Shown here piece after piece: positions 51,394-64,000 of a stretch of 64,000 nt of DNA; position 1 is the first letter of the stretch; every line of letters starts with the position of its first letter. This DNA comes from Octopus sinensis. Its lineage: Eukaryota. The notes beneath the pieces are model-generated. The model worked only from the letters and a program-made list of their open reading frames with translations, did no database searches and had not been told where the DNA came from. The stretch is taken from positions 48,112,001 to 48,176,000 of the forward strand of contig NC_043001.1 of the NCBI RefSeq assembly GCF_006345805.1, in the 5' to 3' direction. Made by a program: the position numbers and the translations under genes.

Positions 51394-54300
51394 CTATCTC
51401 ACATTTGTGAGGGATCTTTTACTCTCCACATTTTTCCATCTTTCATCAAACACTTTCTTACTCAGGCTCCTTCTCTCCAGTTCTATATGTCTTTTTAGGT
51501 GGAATTTAAAATATTCCACCAGACTTGAACCAGAGATGAAGTCGCCTGTTATCATTCCTTTCATCCTTGTCTTCCATACTACCTGTTTCGCAGTTGAAAC
51601 CACGGCGAGAAAACAAAACTTACCTTCTTTCGTTAAGAAATCAGGTGGGCTGATTTTTACAATAGATTCGGCTGATAGCTGTACTCTTCGTTCGCCTGAC
51701 ATTAGTTGTTCGGCACAATCCCACATATCTTTCACCCCCGAACACTGCACGATCGCGTGCGAGACGGTTTCCCGTTCTCGCCCACATCTCGTACAGGTCG
51801 GGCTGACTTGGCAACCGTGCCTTGCAAGCTTGTCCCGAACAGGTAAGGCTCCTCGGTAGCACTGCCAAGCCAAAGACTTCTGGAAATTATCCAGTGTCTT
51901 CGGCCCGAATGTACTTTGGAACAGACTGGCCAGCTGATTATCGTCGAAACCTAGGGCTCCCCTAGCGTATCATCGTCACCGGCCTCTACAAACCCTCTAT
52001 AAAACACAGCGGTAGAACCACTGCCGCAGGCATTACCCGAGCGACGGAATAGTCGGAGTGCCTTGCGACACTCCGTATACCACGTACCCAACTTCGATCT
52101 GCGATTATACCAGTCCTCCCGGCCACCGAAACTGGTGAACCTGGGGAACATCTGTTTCGCCAGCGGAGACCACACCCGTTCACTACCCAGATGGAGCCAC
52201 AGGTGCCTTAGCCTCAGCGCATTTCTGCGCATCATTAGCCACGGCATCCCTAGTCCACCCTGTAACGGTTTTTGACAGCAGACAGAGCGTCTCACAAGCG
52301 GTTTCGAGCCCTTCCACAAGAAGCGAAAGAGCTGTCTCTCCAACTTGGTCAACCACGAATCCGGGCAAGGCACGACGGCAAGGCGGTAGGTGATCACCGA
52401 TGCTATAAACACATTGGCCACCTCCGCCCTACCTTTCAAGGATAACCACCGCCAAGACCAAATCTTGACTATTGCAGCCACCTTGCTCGATACCTCGCTC
52501 CAGTTCTCTTCTCTATTTGGAGGTCCGGACCGAACCAAACCCCGAGCAACTTAATCGGGCCCTCCGTCCAACGTCCCACGACGCTGTCTGGAGGCATCGA
52601 CTTGCCTCTCCAGGTGCCGAGTTGCAAGCCGACCGACTTTTCACGATTAACTTTTGCTCCTGTCACCGTCTCGTAAACCTCTATGGCCTTGCCTACTTTA
52701 CGTAGGTGGTCCACTTCAGTCACGATGATAGTGATGTCATCCGCGTACGCCGAAACCGACATATCACGTCCTGGTTGCCTCGGGATGCCGCTCAGTCTTC
52801 GCAGCAGCGGCTCCAGGGCCACTACATACAAAAGCGGGGAGAGCGGACATCCCTGGCGAACCGAGCGTTTGACCTTGAACGGCTTAGAAAGAAAGCCGTT
52901 CACCTGAACTACCGAGTCGGCGTTGTCATACATTTCGATGATCCACCTGAGGAAGCCAAGACCTAGGCCGAACTGAGCCAGAACGGACACCAGGTAGTGA
53001 TGGTCGACCCTATCGAACGCTTTAGACTGGTCTAAATGGACCACTGCCCCTCCCTTGCCGGGATCGTTATTTATTCCCTCTATCGTGTATCTAATAAGAT
53101 GGAGATTATCCTGAATGGCTCTGCCCGGTACGGCGCACGTTTGCGCTTTCCCAATCAGTCCATTCGCGACACGCGCCAATCTGTTCGATAACACTTTGGC
53201 CAAAATCTTCAACTCTGCGTTAAGCAGAGTGATGGGCCTGAAATTATCTATTACATCCCCCTTGCTCTGGTCCTTCCTGATTAGCGTCACCACTCCCCGG
53301 CGCACAGACCTGGGGATAAACCCATTCTGCTGCCAGTTTGCGTAGACGCCCGTCAGTAAGTCCCCGAACAAGTCCGGCATACTTTTATAAAGCTCGTAGG
53401 GTAGACCATCCAGTCCCGGCGCCTTACCTGCACCGCAGTCCGCCATGGCCTCTATTACCTCCTCAGGTGTGATCGGCTCCTCACTACACTTCGCATCCTG
53501 CCCCGAGAGGCGCGGCAGCCCGTCGAGGAGGTCCGTAAGGTACTCCCCCTATCGGTCCGCCGCTCCCCCCGAAAAGCTGGGCGAAGTGGTCCTGAAAAGC
53601 TTGACACATCTCCTCGGGCTCGTCTGTCAACATACCTTGTTGGTTCGCCAGAGATCGAATTGTAGCATCATTGCCACGTTGGGCTTCCACCACTCGGGCC
53701 CATCCTGCAGCCTTGATTCCTTCGCTCCCCATCGTACGTTGTCTAGCCCTGACAATGCAACCCATGTGTTTGGCTTCGAGGTGCTGGTTAAGAACCAGTC
53801 TCTTGACCTTCACTGGTCTGCATTGCCAGTTCGCATTGCTTCCTCTAAGTCCTTAACTAGTGTGTAGTTACCTTTCTAGCCTCTCTAGCTACACAAGATT
53901 AGTACTATATCTAACGGACTCATATTTTATGGCTCGCTTAAGGGCATACCACCATTTGTTGTTACAAATGGAGCCGGTCATGGCCCTCTGGATTATTAAC
54001 CTAATCCTGTCCCTGTACTCTTAATCGCCAAAAGGGACGTATTAAGTTTCCAGTAACCAGGACCTCTAGTTATCTTATCTACGTCTAGCCTACAGGTGAC
54101 CATCTTGTGGTCACTGTAGCTGACTATATGGAGTTGTGGACTCTTAACTAGGTTCTTATCTACCTTCCTAATTAATATCCTGTCTATGTACGACTTTACC
54201 GATCCGTCGCTATTTGACCACGTCCACAGTGGAGCGCCCGGATGTTCCAGTCTATATGGATCTACCAGCTCAAAACGTCTTAGTAGATCCAGGAAGCAAG

Positions 54301-54784
54301 TATTTCCTTTTCTGTCTGTTCGCGAGCCTTCACAGTCTACCCGCACATCGCAGATTGTGTTGAAGTCCCCTAACATTACTACTGGGCACGATGTACTCAG
54401 AAACTTCTCCAGGTTCCGATAATAATCACTTTTCCCCTTACGGGGGGAGCGTAAACCGCAACCAGCCTGATTGTCTTACGGCTACTGAACGTCAACTCAA
54501 TGACGACCAGCCTACCTTCCGGATCCGTAAAAATCAACTTTTTCTCAGAAACCCGGTCTTTTTACACAGGACCAACACCCCGCTTCCGCTGACCGACGGG
54601 TTCGGAGAGATGACACTCTCGTAACCGTTGAACAGCGGAGCAGATCTCTTGGCCCCTTTAACCGGGTTTCTGTGGCAACGACAACATCTAAATCCCGTGA
54701 CCTGATGTCATTTAGGAAGCGCCCTTGCTTCCAGCTCTGCATCAGGCCACGAACATTCAAACACCCTACACGAATATGAGACAT
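51394..54784 (-). CDS. LINE ORF2 (APE endonuclease, reverse transcriptase, zf-RVT), broken by several frameshifts
   Basis: GCLNVRGL..ATET, GDFN, SYIDRIL, SDHK, GPGYWKLNTSLL; KAPGLDGLPYELY, FRPITLLN, LDQSKAFDRVDH, VRQGCPLSPLLY, AYADD; CTRCGRERETVSHAIVQC. Confidence 0.9.
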
Positions 54785-56442
54785 TACTTACCTTTATTCC
54801 GTTTTTCTTTGGTGGTCGTGGCGGGGAAGTCCGCATTAATCAGTGACTCGTCCACTTCGAGTCGCGGACCCTTTATGTCCCCTGCGAACTGTGCATTTAA
54901 CATGTTAAAGTTCCGTAAGTCCAATTTATAAATTTCTACATTTTTTTGTAGATTTCTGTGGGTTTTCACCCTTTCTGCGCTTGGGATATTTCCCATTCCA
55001 CTTTTAAGTCGGTCATTATTTTTGTCTATTGCCGCATATACTATTTGGGCTTCTGTAAATCTGCTTTTTTGTGGGCTTTGTGGGGGTGATGGGGAGGACC
55101 CCGGGGAGTATGATGGGGAGGAACACGAGGAGGGGGTTGAAATGGAGGAGGGTAATGCTCGGCACTGAGGGGTGGGGGTGGATTGGGTGGGGGCTTCTCT
55201 TTTTGTGGGGAACCGTGGTTGGGTGGAGATGGTTTTCCCCCCTGAGAGTTGGATTTCTTTTTGATTGTGCCAGGGTTGGTGGGCTTGTGTCCGCATTCTT
55301 TCTCTTTGGCGTTTTCTTCCGCCTCACCGTTGTGAAATCGTTCTCTTCTTCTTCTTCTGTTTTTTTCTCTGCTTCTTCTTCTGTCTTTTTCTTTCTTCCT
55401 CTTTCTTGCTGGTGGGGCATTCCATACGGATGTGACCTATCTCGCCACATCCGTAGCAACGTGCTTTCGCCCCTCCACCACCACCCGCAAGTTAATTTCT
55501 TCCCCGAATTGTATTCCTTCTGGAACTTCCTCCATTGCCTCCGGGTCGCTTGCACCACCACGTGCAATGCTTGTCCTCTCCAGTTTTCCTTTATCACTCT
55601 TCTGATTTTATCACTGTTATTTTCTCTTCCAGCCCCATTAACAGTGCTGGAAGCAACCACCTCACGTCGACCTGTGGCGGCACGTCCTCCACTCTGATTT
55701 TTGTGGTTCTCCTCCCCAAATACGAGGGTAATAATATTATTTCCTCCGTCTTTATTGGTGTTAGGGAGTGTTTTTTTGCCGTTTCTTCATTTCTGAAGTG
55801 CACCTCTATTGTTGCAAACTTTCTCCCCAACGTAACGTAGTCCATATCACTCCACACTGGTTTAAGGCATTTCTCGGCTTGGTCTTTGGTTATCCTTTCA
55901 ATTTTCTTCTCTTTTATTACATAGGATTTATAAATTATCGTCCTTTTCTCGGTTTCCTCTTTAATTGTTTGTGGGAGGGCAGCTATCGCGTTATTTCCCT
56001 CCTTTTTAAACATTTTTAAAAACTTTTCGTACTCCACCTCCTCCATCTTTATTTCCTCTGTCTTCCTACCAGCAGCGGCAGCGAAGTTAAACATCTTGGT
56101 TTTTTCACTTGGTTTGTCACACACATTTGCTGATTTCTCAGCTTCGTTGGAAGTCAACCCTTCCGCGACCTTAGCCGTTTTCACAGCTTTTTTAATCGGC
56201 GAACCTTCATTCGCTTTTGCTGTTTTCACAGTTTCATTGGAAGTCAACCCTTCCGCGACTTTAGCCGTTTTCACAGCTTTTTTAACCGGCGAACCTTCAT
56301 TCACTTTTGCTGTTTTCACAGCTTCATTGGAAGTCACACCTTCCGCAATTTTAGCTTCTTCAGCAATTTTCACATTTTTTTGTGTAGGCAAACCTACTAC
56401 GTCATCATTTTTTGACATTTTTGAACAAATATTTTTGTTCAT
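54784..56442 (-). CDS. LINE ORF1 (N-terminal 30-aa repeats, RRM-like region, CCHC knuckle), frameshifted
   Basis: 282-aa ORF 55594-56442. RCYGCGEIGHIRMECP lies at about 55415-55460 in another frame. The last segment ends ..RNKGK* overlapping the ORF2 ATG. Confidence 0.8.
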
Positions 56443-57105
56443 TTTTCCGTGGAATGTGTGTGTTTTTTTTTTTTTTTTTTTTTTTCGTGTGTTTCAATGT
56501 ACAGCAGTTCCCCTCCTCACGGAGGGGAAAACAAAGTTTTCCTGGTTCAAAACCAGCAACAGTTCAAACAATTTTTTAACAAGACAATTTAAACAGGTTT
56601 TAACACAAATTCAACAACAATATTTCACTGAAAAAACTCACGTGGTAAAAGTTCAATACTTAATTATCGGACGAGCCATGCCGGACAACCAGTACTAGCG
56701 AATCCAAAAATACGAATGAGATCTATTATTCTCCCTGTCCACCCACGTGAGTCATAGAGCATTACATTTCTACAGAGGTAAAAACTGCAGTTCAAATTCT
56801 TGGAGAGAAAGCATTATATTGTCATCAAAAAAGGGGTAGAATTAATTAATTGTTAATAAATTCGACCAAGCAGTATTCGGTATGTAAAGACCATTTACGG
56901 TATATTTGAAGTATTAATTTATAAAAATATGGTAAAGTAAAAAACTTCACTTTACCACCCACCGAACTTTTCGGAAATAGCAGCAGCCAAAAATTTGGCT
57001 ATTTCTTCAACTGCAAATAAAAGTCTCCAGACAATGCATACTCAGAAAATAACTCTCATATAGGTGTAGGGAAAAACAATGAAAGATCACATCCATATAC
57101 GATAC

Positions 57106-57165
57106 CCGAGGACAGTCTGTTTCTGGATTTGTGGGTAAAACGCCACTTTTCCTTCATCAGCTCAG
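57106..57165 (-). ncRNA. Type I hammerhead-like ribozyme (unit D, upstream of the LINE)
   Basis: Identical to unit A. Confidence 0.75.
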
Positions 57166-57328
57166 AGATTTCTCTGATTTAGATTTGAAAATACTAAGAA
57201 TCAAAATACCCGTCCGATATCTGTCGGAAACATCGGACAACCATGCCAGGCACCCAGTACTAGCGAATCCAAAAATACGAATGAGATCTATTATTCTCCC
57301 TCATATATATATATACATATATATATTT

Positions 57329-57401
<73 letters not shown>

Positions 57402-57529
57402 ATATATTATATATATATATACATATATATATATTATATATATATTATATATATATATATTTATATATATATATATTAATATATAGTTTATATATATATA
57501 TAATTATATATAGTTTATATATATTAATA

Positions 57530-57586
<57 letters not shown>

Positions 57587-57805
57587 ATATATTATATATA
57601 TATATTTATATATATATATATATATTTATTATAATATATATATATTAATATATACCCACACCCTGATATGTCTCCGCAAACAATACCTCTCTGCTCGAAT
57701 GGGCTTGGAGACAAATCCTAGACTGAAAGACTTCACCAGGTGGTGCTATTAAGTTAGACATGGCCTGGGCCAATACTGGCCAAAACCTTTCTAAGTTATT
57801 CTAAG

Positions 57806-57886
<81 letters not shown>

Positions 57887-57972
57887 GGGAGAGTTTACGA
57901 AAAAAACAAAAGACGAAGACAGATGGTGTACAAAACTGATGTATTAGTATAACGCTCAGGAACAGAAACAGT

Positions 57973-58008
57973 CTATTACGTTTCGAGCCTACGCTCTTCT
58001 ACAGAAAG
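57973..58008 (-). ncRNA. Very minimal hammerhead-like motif (A6U) in a ~185-bp unit between (TA)n tracts
   Basis: cttt-CTGTAGA-A-GAGC gtag GCTC-GAAA-CG-TA-atag, with palindromic stem III ACGT. Confidence 0.55.
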
Positions 58009-58070
58009 GGACACAGAAAAAAACAAGGAGAGAAAAAAATGTGTGTAGTGGCTAACGATCTATCATGGCG

Positions 58071-58111
<41 letters not shown>

Positions 58112-58114
58112 TAT

Positions 58115-58147
<33 letters not shown>

Positions 58148-58761
58148 ATATATATATATATATGTATATATATATATTATATATATATATATTTACTATA
58201 TAGCTCTTATTTATAATAATTTATTGCTCCGTTATAAATCTGGACAACTTAGTGAAAAAGGATTATTTCAGATTACTTAATGCTTCTTAGTACCATAAAA
58301 CGTACATAATAATTATTAATTATTTTCCGATGAACCTTTACAAATTTCATGTCTTAATTTAAAGTTACTGATTTCAAGTGATTATGGAAATGAAATAAGA
58401 GATCTTATCTTTATTTAACAAATAAATAAAACATTGGCTATGAGATATACGCACGTAAAGGAAAAAATATCCCCTTGATTGGATTGAAGCTTTTAACAGT
58501 ATTACACAAAGCTATACATCGTGCAAGTGTTTGGCGTTGTAAAATACTTCTACAGCAATTTCAATTAATAGCGACAAAAATCATTACATCACAATGAGTA
58601 TTTAGTGTTAATCCTGCTTGAAAATATCACATTAATCTTTTCCAGAAATACAAAGTTAACAACTCACATTACCTTTAGTATAAATTTGACGCACTGTAGT
58701 ATTCTCCAGGTGACTTTAAAGAGTCTGACATTTCTACTGCTGCTGTTGTTGTTGTTGTTGC

Positions 58762-58860
<99 letters not shown>

Positions 58861-59320
58861 CATTATTATTATTATTATTTAAAAGGCGGCGAGCTGGAAG
58901 AATCGCTAGCTGGACGATATTACGCCAGTCGCTACGTTCTGAGTTCAAATTCCGCCGAGGTCAGCTTTGCCTTTCAGCCTTTCGGGGTTGATAAATTAAG
59001 TACTAGCGAAACACTGGGGCTGATGTAGTCAACTAGTACCCTCCCGCCAAATTTCAAGCTTTATGCTTTTAGTAGAAAGGATGATGATGATTATTATTAT
59101 TATATTATTATATTATTATTATTATTATTATTATTATATTATTATTATTATTATTATTTAAAAGGCGGCGAGCTGGAAGAATCGCTAGCTGGACGATATT
59201 ACGCCAGTCGCTACGTTCTGAGTTCAAATTCCGCCGAGGTCAGCTTTGCCTTTCAGCCTTTCGGGGTTGATAAATAAAGTACTAGCGAAACATTTCTACT
59301 GCCGCTGTTGTTGTTGTTGC

Positions 59321-59383
<63 letters not shown>

Positions 59384-59899
59384 ATTTTTTTTTAAATAGC
59401 AAAAACAAAATCATCAGTCTCTCCACTGTGACTTCCTAGCAAAATCCACCCCTGGACTCAAATTACATTCACACATCCATCGCAAATATATACAGCTTTT
59501 TTTGTTCTTTTCTTTTCAATAGTTGTTTTGCTTTTCCCACACTTACTTTCTTTTTTTTTTCTTCTCTTTTCTTTAAATACTCTCCTTCAAGAAATCATAC
59601 TTCGAAACTTACGGGAGTAGCCACCGTTATTATTAGTAGGCGGCGAGCAGGCAGAATCGTGTTTAGCGGCACTTCGTTGGTCTTTACGTTTTGGGTTCAA
59701 ATTCCGCCAAGATTCACCTTGTCTTTCCTCCTTTCAGGGTCGATGAAATAATTACCAATCATGTACTGTAGCCAATGTATTCGACTAGCCGCATCCTTAA
59801 AATTTCAGGCCTTACATTTTACTTCTCAGAGTTCTCGGTCTTACTTGCTCTGGTTAATTCTGTGAGAGCGAACAACATGCTGTTGTCAAAGGTCTCACA

Positions 59900-60300
59900 G
59901 GGTTTCTTACTACAAATTGTATGGCTTGCTACTTAGGTGTTAAATATCGTAAAAGGTACTTAACACCCATGTATCAATCTCAAAATCCTATCTGTCCCCA
60001 GTAGAGCAGTTTTTTTTGTGCTTGCTCTTATGTCAATTCCAATTTCTCCGACATATTTCTCGAACTTGGTTATTAGTGCTCCGAGTGCCTCTACAGTTAC
60101 TCTCATCATTGCGCATATTCTTGCTATTTCGTCTTTTAGTAACTTATATATTTTCCACATTTTCCAGCCCTTTGCCAGCTACAAGTGCATCCGCAGGTAT
60201 GGCAATACCTATGATCATTTTATCGGCATTTGGGAGAACCACTTAGTGAGAGACCCTAAACATTTTGGTCGAACCTGCTGAAATAGCAACTGAATTACCC
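59900..60300 (-). mobile_element. 3' end of an R4/Dong-like RLE non-LTR retrotransposon
   Basis: IIGIAIPAD..KIYKLLKDEIARI..GALITKFEKY..KTALLGTDRILRL* matches the RLE C-terminal (D-x-A-x-P, KY, GALG, LLGTARIL) pattern. Confidence 0.75.
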
Positions 60301-61590
60301 TCAAACCATCTTAAGCAGGAAAAAGCACATTAGATAAAGTAGTGTGTATAATCCTAACAGAGGAAGTAAGACTCACATATGGAATGTCTTGGATAGGAAG
60401 TTTATTTTGCTCAATCAAGCCTGGTCTAGACCAAAGCACTTACAGCACAGCAGCAACAACTATGTTGTCTCGTTATTTACTCATAAACACAGTAATCTTC
60501 ATAAAAGTTTTAAGCAGTCCTTCTTAGGTAAGCGACGTTGTTACGGGCTGTAATCAGAACGAAGTTGTCAGACTCCTCGTTGCATAAGGACATCATAAGC
60601 TCGATTCATTATAGCAACGTGAGAAAACTTGTCATTTGTGGCCGAAATTTTGCCAGAATTATAATTGAAAATATTCTCGAAGACATGAGCCTCCAAAACC
60701 TTATATGAAAATCACATTTTGAATCAAAGAATAAATAGATTTATTGCATAGATACGGATGTTAAAACCTAATGACTCATTCTTCTTTTTTTTTAATACAG
60801 ATGAGCCACTTAGGTTTAATATTGTAATTTAGTTTCGATACTAAAAATGGTTCCACACCCCTGCACTATTGTGTCCACTTACGATTTAATAACTTCAATC
60901 GAGTCGCAAACTTCTATTTTTATCTATATTTTCGTACTACTTGTATAATTGCCAATGGTGATGGAAACATAAAAATTAGCTGTTAATGTCTGATTTGTTG
61001 CCATATTGCACAAAACGAGACAGGTTCAGGGTTAGATTACTTCTGGACATTGTGCTGAAACTTATTTCAGGAAACAAAAGATTAAATGTGAAGTGTACAG
61101 AAAATTGACCTGCGAAACAAAAAGCATGCAACCCAGAATTGATCGGATATCTATCTAAACATCCCATACTACATCGCATACTGAATTTGTGCGCAACAAA
61201 AATAGAGCGGTATTTTAATCTAATTTACCATCATCTCGGCAATACACAAAACTACCAGACTCCGCGCCAATTTCCACATATATTGAGGCTGCACGACCAA
61301 GCTTTCCTTCCAACCTTCTCTTCTACTCTCTCTCCCTCTCTCTCTCTCTCCTTTTCATGCTTACATTGTCTTTTCGGTTCTTTCTCTCTTTCTCACGAGC
61401 TCTCATTTTATTTAAATTACCAGTTCTGTTGCCAGGTATGTGTGTAGCGGGAAAAAATATTTAGTTCATTGCCCCCAGGATACTGCCTAATGCGAAATAT
61501 ATCATCCCGTTATTGTCGTCCTCGTCGTCGTCGTCATCGTCGTCGTCGTCGTCATCACCATCATCATCGTCGTCGCCGTCGTCGTCATCG

Positions 61591-61639
<49 letters not shown>

Positions 61640-63199
61640 TATCATCACCATCATCATCATTATCATCTGTAGTCTTTATTTATATTTTCAGTAGAATTAT
61701 TTTTATTGTCTGTCGTAGCACAACCGAGTATGTTTTGGGTACGTGCAAAGTTATATTTTGTTTGTGTACGTGTGATATATCGAAAGTAAAGTATTCTACA
61801 TAATATTAGTGTAGTGCCTAGAATTGTTATCACTTTTGTATTCTGCATGTGTATAATTGTACTACTTAAAGATTTCATTTGTCAATAAGAACTTATATTT
61901 TTAGCTTTTAGACTAATCTTAAATTAGCTTCTTTGTTGGCATACAAATTTCCTTCAGGGTTATTTTCTCTCCAAATTTTATACGAAAATATTTTCGTATT
62001 TTCTGGAGGGGTCGTAAGGTGTGTCGAATGCAATAAATATGTATGCATTATAGAAACATGATCCTCTCATCAGTTTATGCCCTTCCTATTTTACTTGTGT
62101 GAATTAAGGAGTAATGTTTTGCCATTGTCATTTTCGTCGAGAAGTAATTTATGAATTTTATTGCGATGATAATTTTGCACGTCCAATTTTGTATAATTTT
62201 CTTGCATTAGTTTATGGTACGCATTCCTCTTTTAAACTGGTTGTGTGCTATGGTTTTCATTTGCATTGTTTGTATTGATTTGACTTGTGCTCTCCTAGTG
62301 TATTATAATTATTATTCTTGGTAGCCGATCACGAAGCAATATAGATGTTTATAGGCAAAGCGCACTATAATTTCACTAATAAATAGTATACTGCATTCAG
62401 ATCATCCGGACAGTGCAACAGGAGAATTTCCAATTCCGTGATCCGCTGAGGGAAAAAAATGCAACGTAATGTGTTATTCATAATTTCCCATACGTAACTC
62501 CGCAGAAAGCTGTTTAACATTTTGGATATCAAATATATTGGTATTTGTTAGCAGCGTTACCGAGAAAGCGCCAACCAGTACAATTCTGAGCAGGTACCTC
62601 CACGACAGTTTCATCATATGCAATACTTCGTCAAATGGGTGGGTAATCAACTCAGCTTCAAGGGTATTCAAATTAAATTGAATCAATAAAAAAGGCATCG
62701 AAAGGGTCGACTATCATTATTCGGTAGCTCTCCTCAAGGTAGCCAATTTTGGTTCCGCTTCCAGAGGCTAGAACACATGGATTCTCAGACTAAAGAACCA
62801 ACTTTCAGGACATTTCGTATCAAATATGCAATCCGTCACGATTATTTTCTCTTATTCCATAAATATGTACGAACTCTTGTGTGAAACTAGACTCTAGTGT
62901 GAAACATAAGTATGTACGGAAGCTACTTTTGTGAAACAAGTCTTGTAGAAGTGTATCCCGTTTCAAATGGGATTTGGATTGTTATAGGACGTCGTCACCG
63001 TAACGACATTAGACACTGCAATGTCGTGGAGGAAGAAAAACGTGTTGAGCGATTGCAGCTCAGCTCCTGGATAGGCAAGTCAATGCCATCAAATAGCATC
63101 GTAGAGCGCGGGACAGATGGGTCAGTTAGTTTCTAGGGATCAGGTTTGGTCTGGGCTTACAAGTGGATAGAGATTGAGCTGAAGTTATATACACGTTTA

Positions 63200-63540
63200 C
63201 CGGGAAGCATTCGTGAAATATTGGAGTGAAAGCATACGTGAGCTCTGATAAATATTAACGCATGTCTGTCGTGTCTGGCATTGATTTTCGCTTGACCAAA
63301 TTTCATCGTCTGCTCTAAAGATTTTCGTGATAAGCGACTCTACAGCGGCATCTACGGAAACTCCAGCACGATGAGAGTTCACTTATCTCTGTCACGTTTA
63401 CCGACAGCTCATATCGTTTCCTCTTGCAGGGAGAAGGTACGGTGTAAAGGTTTTCGTTGTGGATGCGACTGAAAATCCTATGTACATATATTTTACACGT
63501 CAGTAAAGCACTTATCAGCTTGTTCAAGATCATCTTGAAA
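63200..63540 (+). mobile_element. Decayed Penelope-like linker fragment
   Basis: 63362-63435 is homologous to 47286-47360 (ctccagcacgat..gtttaccgacagc..ttcctcttgcagggaga). Confidence 0.5.
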
Positions 63541-63902
63541 AGCTAGTGGAGAAGGAAATGATACTTATTTTAACCTAACGAATTCTCTGAAAGGAATAAA
63601 TGTGGATGGGTGTGGCGAACATGACTCAACCAAATAGTCCTACATTCAACATGAGAGTGTAAAACGGAGAAAATCAGCTGCGAGTGGGCACGGGATTTTT
63701 GTCATCTTTTCTAAAATTATAATTAGAAAGTTATTTTATGTATTTAGTTTCTTAAATTATTTTAAAAACTGGTATTATTTCAAAAACTCCCACTTCAGAT
63801 CGTCATATCTAAACTGTTTCCCTTCTTCTCTTCTCTTTTTCGATATTTTGTCATCTCTAAGGCTGACAACGTTTATTATTATTATTATTATTATCATTAT
63901 TA

Positions 63903-63955
<53 letters not shown>

Positions 63956-64000
63956 ATTGATTGAGAGAGCAGTTCATGCCATCAAAGTGACACTGGGGTA

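Larger units (their letters stand above)
51167..56665 (-). mobile_element. Full-length Tx1/L1-clade LINE (5.5 kb) with 17-bp TSD
   Basis: ORF1 plus ORF2 (APE-RT-zinc motif). TSD atcggacaaaccatgcc at 51150-51166 vs atcggacgagccatgcc at 56666-56682 (15/17). The 3' end reads ..gggtaataaagaaatg. Confidence 0.93.
49723..57301. repeat. Tandem array of ~560-bp HHR-bearing units (about 3.7 units), split by a LINE and flanked by (TA)n
   Basis: Unit starts at 49723, 50283, 50840 (interrupted at 51166, resumes at 56666) and 56916. Confidence 0.95.

Noticed and set aside
51394-56442. LINE frameshifts read as programmed frameshifting
   Set aside because: They are too many and irregular. Decay or long-read indel error is more likely, given similar indels in the duplicated segments nearby.
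58720-59345. ~280-bp duplication of a SINE within (TAT)n; also 45348-46690
   Set aside because: Near-identical copies in microsatellite context are likely slippage or assembly artefacts, not a system.
60420-60600. Faint ankyrin-like peptide (NEVVRLLVA*G)
   Set aside because: Contains stops, has no TPLH motif, and the resemblance is too weak.

Overview
AT-rich, microsatellite-dense animal genomic DNA. The SINE families look like those I recognise from octopus (inference from recall). There is a 100-N gap at 42078-42177 and no supportable host protein-coding gene. Most of the ORF track is microsatellite noise. The window is a patchwork of transposable elements: tRNA-derived SINEs, mariner/maT, Chapaev3, a Helitron, CRE, R4/Dong, RTE and CR1 fragments, Penelope-like (PLE) RT and GIY-YIG remnants, and a 5.5-kb full-length Tx1/L1-clade LINE. 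The main signal is a set of type I hammerhead ribozymes (HHRs), folded by eye. About a dozen are apparently complete and several more are decayed. They lie in two (TA)n-flanked retrozyme-like tandem arrays (~489-bp and ~560-bp units), in perfect inverted-repeat elements and in solo units. They include C3-G8, U3-A8 and G3-C8 versions of the core tertiary pair. The Tx1 LINE is inserted co-directionally into the 560-bp array with a 17-bp TSD, so flanking ribozymes could excise it as a ~6.08-kb RNA. Its 3' end is shared with an abundant SINE in the same window. No RNA folding or database search was run, and fragment boundaries are approximate.
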